Shown: one piece after another, positions 59,141 to 64,000 of the stretch
Position numbering within the stretch: position 1 is the stretch's first letter
How the letters are laid out: every line of letters starts with the position of its first letter
Source of the DNA: Gammaproteobacteria bacterium
GTDB taxonomy: Bacteria > Pseudomonadota > Gammaproteobacteria > Eutrophobiales > Eutrophobiaceae
Length of the DNA: 64,000 nt
NCBI GenBank assembly: GCA_022826885.1
Contig: JAJDUB010000073.1
Span: forward strand, 65,388-129,387
Direction of reading: 5' to 3'
Notes under the pieces: generated by a model
The model's database searches: none
What the model saw: the letters and a program-made list of their open reading frames with translations, nothing else
Told to the model about the DNA's origin: nothing
Translations under genes and position numbers: made by a program

Positions 59141-60424
59141 TCAGGTAAAGATTTTCAACGCCAGCCTGCTGCAGTATCCCCCCTCTTCCGCAGTACGGGG
59201 GGCGACGCCGGCAAGCCAGGGTTCAAGCGCTCCGCGCTCGCGTTTCACCTTCCAGCCCATGCCCAGCCTGGCCAGCAGGAACAGGGTGGACAGGACGTGC
59301 CAGGCGACCACAATCACCAGGCCCGCATCGGGCCGGCCCGCAAGCAACGCGGCGGTCAGGATAAGCAGGTTGGGATTGCGCCGGGCGGTAATCAATCGAT
59401 TCAGGGAATCGGCCGGCTGCCACAGGAAAATCGGGAACGGCGCAACCCATTTTTCAAAAACCCCCTCACAGAACCGGCCGCCGATGTAGCCGGCAAGCAT
59501 GACCGCGACCAGCGGCGCCAAGGCGAGAGGGAGCGAGGCAACGCCCAGCCCCACAGCCCAGGCGATATACCAGAGGGGTGGATGGATCAGGTCCAGTCCA
59601 TGGTCCAGCAAGTCACCAAAGCGGCTCGAGGTAAGCGTTACCCTGGCCAGCTTGCCGTCCACGGTGTCCAGGAAGGTCATGAACCAGCCCAGCGCCAGTC
59701 CGGCAGCGAAATTACCGTACCAGAACGCGACTCCGGCCAGGACTGCCAGCACCAGGCTCAACCCGGTAACCTGGTTCGGCCTGATGCCGAGCCGGGCGCA
59801 GACCTTTGTCGCCTGCCTTGCGGGGACGGGCCAAACCCACTTGGTGACCAGGTCGGTCACCCCTTTGTAGGAACTGCTGAACAACTCCTGTTCCAGTTCA
59901 TCCCGGTTGTCCGTGCGGATTTGCCATACCCTGGCCGGCTCGTATTTTTTCAGGTGGTTATCATAGGGGTTGACCAGGTCATCGGGATTAATCCCCGGTG
60001 GCAATTCCCCTGCGGGGCCGGTTTCGAATATCACGGGGTCGTATATCTCGGACCGCAACGCAACAACGGCGTCGCTGCCCGGTTCGTACAACGCAAAGTC
60101 ATCATCGAAGCCGAGGATGGCCTGCAGCAGGCGGATGTGGAACAGGTAGTCCCCTCGCAGGAAAATAACCGGCGTACCGGGAGGGGCAGGCGTCTCGTCT
60201 GTGACGAACGTCACGTCGTTCATGCTTTTCAGCATGCGGGTCAATCTAACACGACCGCTCAGTCCCCATATCTCAATCGGGCTGTCGCCGATGATCCGTA
60301 CATGGCGATTCGTGATACCCTGTGCCTTATCCAGGTTAAGGAATCCCAACAATATCTCCTGAATAGATGACAGTGAAATCCGGTTTGACCATAGCGCACC
60401 TCTCGGACCCGCACCTGACCTCAC
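59141..60424 (-). CDS. CDP-alcohol phosphatidyltransferase family membrane protein with a ~190-aa soluble N-terminal domain
   Basis: DTVDGKLARVTLTSSRFGDLLDHGLD fits D-x2-DG-x2-AR-x8-G-x3-D-x3-D exactly, and multiple TM helices follow. The start is uncertain. TTG at 60349, preceded by AGGAG, would remove the 58-nt overlap with the divergent gene. Confidence 0.8.
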   Translation of the reverse strand: MRSGAGPRGALWSNRISLSSIQEILLGFLNLDKAQGITNRHVRIIGDSPIEIWGLSGRVRLTRMLKSMNDVTFVTDETPAPPGTPVIFLRGDYLFHIRLLQAILGFDDDFALYEPGSDAVVALRSEIYDPVIFETGPAGELPPGINPDDLVNPYDNHLKKYEPARVWQIRTDNRDELEQELFSSSYKGVTDLVTKWVWPVPARQATKVCARLGIRPNQVTGLSLVLAVLAGVAFWYGNFAAGLALGWFMTFLDTVDGKLARVTLTSSRFGDLLDHGLDLIHPPLWYIAWAVGLGVASLPLALAPLVAVMLAGYIGGRFCEGVFEKWVAPFPIFLWQPADSLNRLITARRNPNLLILTAALLAGRPDAGLVIVVAWHVLSTLFLLARLGMGWKVKRERGALEPWLAGVAPRTAEEGGYCSRLALKIFT

Positions 60425-61299
60425 TGCACCATGTTACATGGCGTGAATTACTCAATAAACGCGTTCTCGGCTATCTCTCCTGGCGGGTGAAACGGCGCCG
60501 GTCCCACAGCCGGGAGGTCCTGTCCCGTACACTTGCCGACCTGGCGGGCAGGCAGCCGGACCACCTTGTCATCAGCGGAGATTTCACTCACCTCGGCACG
60601 GCAATTGAATGCCGGGAAGCCGAAGCCTGGCTAAACAGCGTCGGCGCGCCCGATTATATATCAATTGTGCCGGGGAATCATGATCGTTACATAGACACTG
60701 ATATCGCCGAAACAATCGGGCGCTGGCGCGCCTGGATGCAGAACGACCCCGGCCAACGGGATAAGGGGACGGACTTTCCTTACCTGCGGGTGCGCGGCCC
60801 GGTGGCGATCATCGGCCTTTCGACTGCCGTACCCACGCCGCCCTTCTTCGCCAGCGGCAGGCTGGGCGGGGAACAGTTGCGGCGTCTCGACCGGCTGCTT
60901 GAAACGGCTGCGCAGCGGGGCCTGTACCGCATCGTGACCCTGCATCACAGCCCGCACTCCATGGGCTTCAGGCGCGGTCTGTCCGATGCGGACCAACTGT
61001 TGTCGACCCTGGCGGGTCCCGGCGCGGAGTTGATTATCCACGGCCACGGCCACCGGCAGATGCACGCAATGCTGCAGGCCGGCGAGCGGCGCATCCCGGT
61101 ATTCGGCGTGCCCTCCGCCTCGGCCAGCTACGACGATCCGGCAAAATCCCCCGGCTATAACGTTTACGAGGTAACCCGGGCGCAGGAAGGCTGGCGGACC
61201 CGCGTCAGGTCGTTCATCCTTGATGAGGAAACGCAGCAATTTGAGCAGGTGCTGGATAAAGTAATTATGCCACTTTCTGCAACCACAGGCTGCCTATGA
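60367..61299 (+). CDS. metallophosphoesterase (calcineurin-like)
   Basis: 310 aa with IAHLSDPHL, ISGDFTHLG, VPGNHD, LHHSP and HGHGH motifs. Confidence 0.85.
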   Translation: MTVKSGLTIAHLSDPHLTSLHHVTWRELLNKRVLGYLSWRVKRRRSHSREVLSRTLADLAGRQPDHLVISGDFTHLGTAIECREAEAWLNSVGAPDYISIVPGNHDRYIDTDIAETIGRWRAWMQNDPGQRDKGTDFPYLRVRGPVAIIGLSTAVPTPPFFASGRLGGEQLRRLDRLLETAAQRGLYRIVTLHHSPHSMGFRRGLSDADQLLSTLAGPGAELIIHGHGHRQMHAMLQAGERRIPVFGVPSASASYDDPAKSPGYNVYEVTRAQEGWRTRVRSFILDEETQQFEQVLDKVIMPLSATTGCL

Positions 61300-62329
61300 A
61301 CATCAGGGCCAGTCCGGGCGTCAGCGCCACCAGGGCATGGTTGAGGTCCAGTAATAATCCGGCATTGGACAAAATCTGGTCAAGCAGGTAAACACAGATG
61401 CCGGTGATGCCCGCCAGTACCAGGCGGTAGCCGATACCCGTCTGTCTCGAACCGAACACGAACGGGACCGACAGCAACAGCATGGCAAGCATGATCAGCC
61501 CGGCGCCGAATTTTCGCCAGTAAGCCAGGGAGATCTCATCATGCTGCTGTCCCGTGTCTTTCAGGTAGCGAATGTGGTGATATAACTCCGTCGGAGACAG
61601 GCTTTCTGCCGGCCTCGTCAGCTTGGACACCTCCTCGGAACTCAGGAACGGGCTCCAGTTCAGCCGCGCCGCAGACCTCGTGTCGACCTGTGTGCCGTCA
61701 AATTCCTTCATGGTGACGCCATGCAGGCTCCACCGGTCGTTGCTGATTATCTCCGCTCCCTGTGCATGGACATAAGCGGCCAGCAGGCCCTGGTCATCCA
61801 GGGTAAATATTTCCACGTCCTGCACATAGGAAGCGCGGATCGCTTCCCCAAGCCGCAATACCTGGTTTTCATCCCGCGTCCAGATGCCCAGGTCCTCGCC
61901 CAGTTCCGCGCTCTGGTTCAGGGCTTCCAGGCGATGGGCAATGGCCTTGCTCTGCATTTCCGGGGCAATGACCTGCTCCAGCGCACCCAGCAGCAATAAC
62001 AGGCACAGGCCGACTTTGAAAGACGCCAGGCTGATGCGCGCAGGTGTCAATCCGGCGGCGCGCATGGCGATAATTTCCGAATTCAGCGCCAGGCGCCCCA
62101 GCGCAATCACATTGCCTATCAGCGCGATAAACGGGAGCAGTTGAATCAACCTCCTGGGCAGCAACAACAGGACAATGTAAAACGCATCCTTCATGCGATA
62201 AAAACCCTGACCGACATCCTCCATCTGGTCTATAAGGTCGAAAAAGCTGAACAGCGGCAACAGGATCGCGGCAGCGATCAACAGCCCCATGCTGATCCGG
62301 CGCATCAGGTATGTCTCAACGGTGCTCAT
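61265..62329 (-). CDS. lptG: LPS export ABC transporter permease LptG
   Basis: YjgP/YjgQ family with ..YLMRRISMGLLIAAAILLPLFSFFDLIDQMEDVG.. and a periplasmic beta-jellyroll region. I trimmed the start to ATG 62329, since the ORF-track start at 62428 would overlap lptF. It follows lptF. Confidence 0.88.
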   Translation of the reverse strand: MSTVETYLMRRISMGLLIAAAILLPLFSFFDLIDQMEDVGQGFYRMKDAFYIVLLLLPRRLIQLLPFIALIGNVIALGRLALNSEIIAMRAAGLTPARISLASFKVGLCLLLLLGALEQVIAPEMQSKAIAHRLEALNQSAELGEDLGIWTRDENQVLRLGEAIRASYVQDVEIFTLDDQGLLAAYVHAQGAEIISNDRWSLHGVTMKEFDGTQVDTRSAARLNWSPFLSSEEVSKLTRPAESLSPTELYHHIRYLKDTGQQHDEISLAYWRKFGAGLIMLAMLLLSVPFVFGSRQTGIGYRLVLAGITGICVYLLDQILSNAGLLLDLNHALVALTPGLALMFIGSLWLQKVA

Positions 62330-62369
62330 ATACAATATCAGGCTTCTCGTTACCGGCGGATTGCCCCTG

Positions 62370-63449
62370 CTAACCGAATCTCTGCAGCAATCGCCGGTAA
62401 AATCTCTGGAACAGGTACAGGGAAACAACCAGCGCCATTAACGCGTGCAACCACCAGACACCGGGTATCTCGTCCATCACGCCCTGTTCCACCCAGGTCT
62501 GGGCAACGCCGCTGAGGTTGTAATACACCGCAAAAATCAGTGCGGCCATGAACACTCTTTCATTCTTCCCCTGCCTGGGGGAGGAATGGCTCAGGGGAAT
62601 CGCGATCAATGCGAGCAGCAGCGTGGCAAGCGGCCGGGACAGGCGCCACTGGGCCTCGGCTATATCCTGCGGAGTATCGGATTCGAGCAGGGCCGGTGTC
62701 GCCTGGGCCTTGCGTTTGTAGCCAATGCTCACTTCGGGGTCTTCATGAAACCTGATCAGCTTTTCGTAGCGAGCCACCTCGTCTTCCGGGGAATTACGCT
62801 CCAGCCTGTACAGCAGTCCGTCGTCGAGTGTTACCCGCAGCCTGCCGTCCTGCAGACTCTTGTCCTGCCTGGCGCTCACCGCCGCGGTAATCTCGCTGAC
62901 TTCCCCCTTGCGCGTATAGTAAAATATCCTGGACATCTCGCCGTTCGTCCTGTCCTTGCCGGCAATGTAAATCACCGTGCCGGTATCTTCGTTACCGTAG
63001 AAACGCCCCTCCTGGAACCGGTCGGTATTCAAATCGGCCTTGGCCCGGGCATCCAGGATGTAACTGTTCTGGTAGGCCCAGGGACGGCCGTACAGGGACA
63101 GCGCGCCCACTGCCAGGGCGATCGGTATGGAGATCACGATAACCGCTCCGATAATGCGTTGATTACTGCCGCCGGCGGCATTCAGGGCCACTATTTCCCG
63201 GTCCCGGTGCAACCTGCCCAGGCCGATAACGACGGAAGTGTAAAGGGCTATCGGGACCAGGACCTCCAGGGCGATGAACGTCTTCAGCAGGATCAGTTTG
63301 ACCATGAAGTAGATGCCCAGGGTCTCCGTTACGGCCTCAGCCAGGTATCTCGCGCCGCTGAAACAGGCAAACAGGGCAACCAGGATGATCAGTACGAAAC
63401 TGAAAGGCCTGAGCACTTCCCGTATGATATAGCGTTCAATATGCGACAT
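62370..63449 (-). CDS. lptF: LPS export ABC transporter permease LptF
   Basis: 359 aa with MSHIERYIIREVLRPFSFVLIILVALF.., YjgP/YjgQ family. Paired with lptG. Confidence 0.88.
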   Translation of the reverse strand: MSHIERYIIREVLRPFSFVLIILVALFACFSGARYLAEAVTETLGIYFMVKLILLKTFIALEVLVPIALYTSVVIGLGRLHRDREIVALNAAGGSNQRIIGAVIVISIPIALAVGALSLYGRPWAYQNSYILDARAKADLNTDRFQEGRFYGNEDTGTVIYIAGKDRTNGEMSRIFYYTRKGEVSEITAAVSARQDKSLQDGRLRVTLDDGLLYRLERNSPEDEVARYEKLIRFHEDPEVSIGYKRKAQATPALLESDTPQDIAEAQWRLSRPLATLLLALIAIPLSHSSPRQGKNERVFMAALIFAVYYNLSGVAQTWVEQGVMDEIPGVWWLHALMALVVSLYLFQRFYRRLLQRFG

Positions 63450-63567
63450 GCGGCATCCAGTCGGTTAAAGAAGTTCCCGCTGCCGGGAACCACCGGTTTG
63501 ATTGTATTATAAAATTCATTAAACTGCTCACCTCACGCATGGACATCCGCACGGAAAACACGACAAC

Positions 63568-64000
63568 ATGACTAACGCTATTATATTGAGCGCGGGTCAG
63601 GGTAAAAGGCTGCTGCCCCTGACCGAGACTTACCCCAAGTGCATGCTGTCCGTCGCCGGCAAAACCATCCTGGAGTGGCAGGTGCGAACATTACTGGCGG
63701 CTGATATCGGCAGGTTGCACATCATCACCGGGTTTAATTCGGACCTGGTTGAGGAACACATCAATGATCGGTTCGGCGCCGACCTGGACAGGATAAACAT
63801 AGTTTTCAATCCTTTCTACAACGTATCCGACAACCTGGCGAGTTGCTGGATGGCCCGTCACGCCATGGATGAGGACTTTATCCTGTTGAACGGTGACACG
63901 CTGTTTGAACCTGCCCTGCTGGACACCGTTCTCCGGTCCCCCGCGGCGCCGGTCACCCTGACCATCGACTACAAGGACTGTTACGACAATGACGACATGC
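63568..64000 (+). CDS. nucleotidyltransferase (sugar/alcohol-phosphate NTP-transferase family), 5' fragment running off the right edge
   Basis: My own translation from ATG 63568 gives MTNAIILSAGQGKRLLPLTETYPKCMLSVAGKTILEWQ...LLNGDTLFEP..., the glycine-rich NTP_transferase N-terminus (LSAGQGKRL). It is open to the end of the window. Confidence 0.75.
   Translation, partial: MTNAIILSAGQGKRLLPLTETYPKCMLSVAGKTILEWQVRTLLAADIGRLHIITGFNSDLVEEHINDRFGADLDRINIVFNPFYNVSDNLASCWMARHAMDEDFILLNGDTLFEPALLDTVLRSPAAPVTLTIDYKDCYDNDDM

Noticed and set aside
58679-60370. A 563-aa plus-strand ORF opposite the NT-fold and CDP-alcohol transferase genes.
   Set aside because: It is Gly/Arg/Gln/Pro-rich and motif-free. 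The opposite strand encodes the exact CDP-alcohol phosphatidyltransferase signature.
61265-61299. A 35-nt convergent 3' overlap of the metallophosphoesterase and lptG.
   Set aside because: Such overlaps of convergent stops are common in compact GC-rich genomes. Nothing further suggests a regulatory role.
62330-63512. The N-terminal extension of the lptG ORF (62330-62428) and a 355-aa plus-strand ORF opposite lptF.
   Set aside because: The extension overlaps the end of lptF and precedes the conserved LptG N-terminus. The plus-strand ORF is an antisense shadow.

Overview
This is a GC-rich proteobacterial chromosome segment. It is probably gammaproteobacterial, inferred from the thrS-infC-rpmI-rplT-pheS block, lptFG and the gltX-tRNA context. 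I saw no rRNA, CRISPR array, transposase or integrase.

Layout:
- 1-7.6 kb: housekeeping genes (pheS fragment, rplT, rpmI, infC, thrS, tRNA-Val, uvrB, a class-I aminotransferase, tRNA-Asn) plus a small membrane-anchored RTX protein.
- 7.6-43.8 kb: a large cell-surface glycan locus. It holds an AsnB-like protein, galU, a WbpM/CapD-type dehydratase, GT2, an SDR, rmlACBD, four SAM-methyltransferase domains, a YidC-like insertase paralog, an LtaS/sulfatase-like transferase, a TagF-like phosphotransferase, a 1701-aa multidomain protein, wzm/wzt, a WbpL/WecA-type initiating transferase, GT32, a GT-C-like membrane protein, a second sulfotransferase, an oxidoreductase-aminotransferase fusion, ugd and a UDP-GlcA 4-epimerase. 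The 1701-aa protein reads sulfotransferase, 6 x 28-aa coiled coil, two GT-B domains, Zn-ribbon methyltransferase.
- 35.8-39.2 kb: an accessory insertion splits that locus. It carries a small repeat protein, two DUF1640-like tail-anchored proteins, a toxin-first RelE/ParE-HTH pair and a Uma2-like gene. It is punctuated by two ~300-bp direct repeats, each with a perfect CRP-consensus palindrome and a conserved GC-rich hairpin-rich module.
- 43.9-48.3 kb: a 1447-aa serralysin-type metalloprotease with a very long RTX region.
- 48.3-64 kb: tRNA-Glu, tRNA-Ala, gltX, 3-hydroxyacyl-CoA dehydrogenase, cofE-cofD (F420 tail synthesis), an inverted-repeat AT-rich element, an envelope-modification-like operon (LpxO-like hydroxylase, TagF-like, asnB, NT-fold protein, CDP-alcohol phosphatidyltransferase), a metallophosphoesterase, lptG, lptF and a truncated NTP-transferase.

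A family of GGGGACGGA...TCCGTCCCC palindromes recurs in intergenic spaces.

Most interesting candidates:
- the coiled-coil 'ruler-like' giant glycan assembly protein with its near-identical 84-bp tandem repeats
- the CRP-palindrome/GC-rich repeat pair
- the YidC paralog inside the glycan operon
- the CDP-alcohol/AsnB/LpxO-like operon next to lptFG
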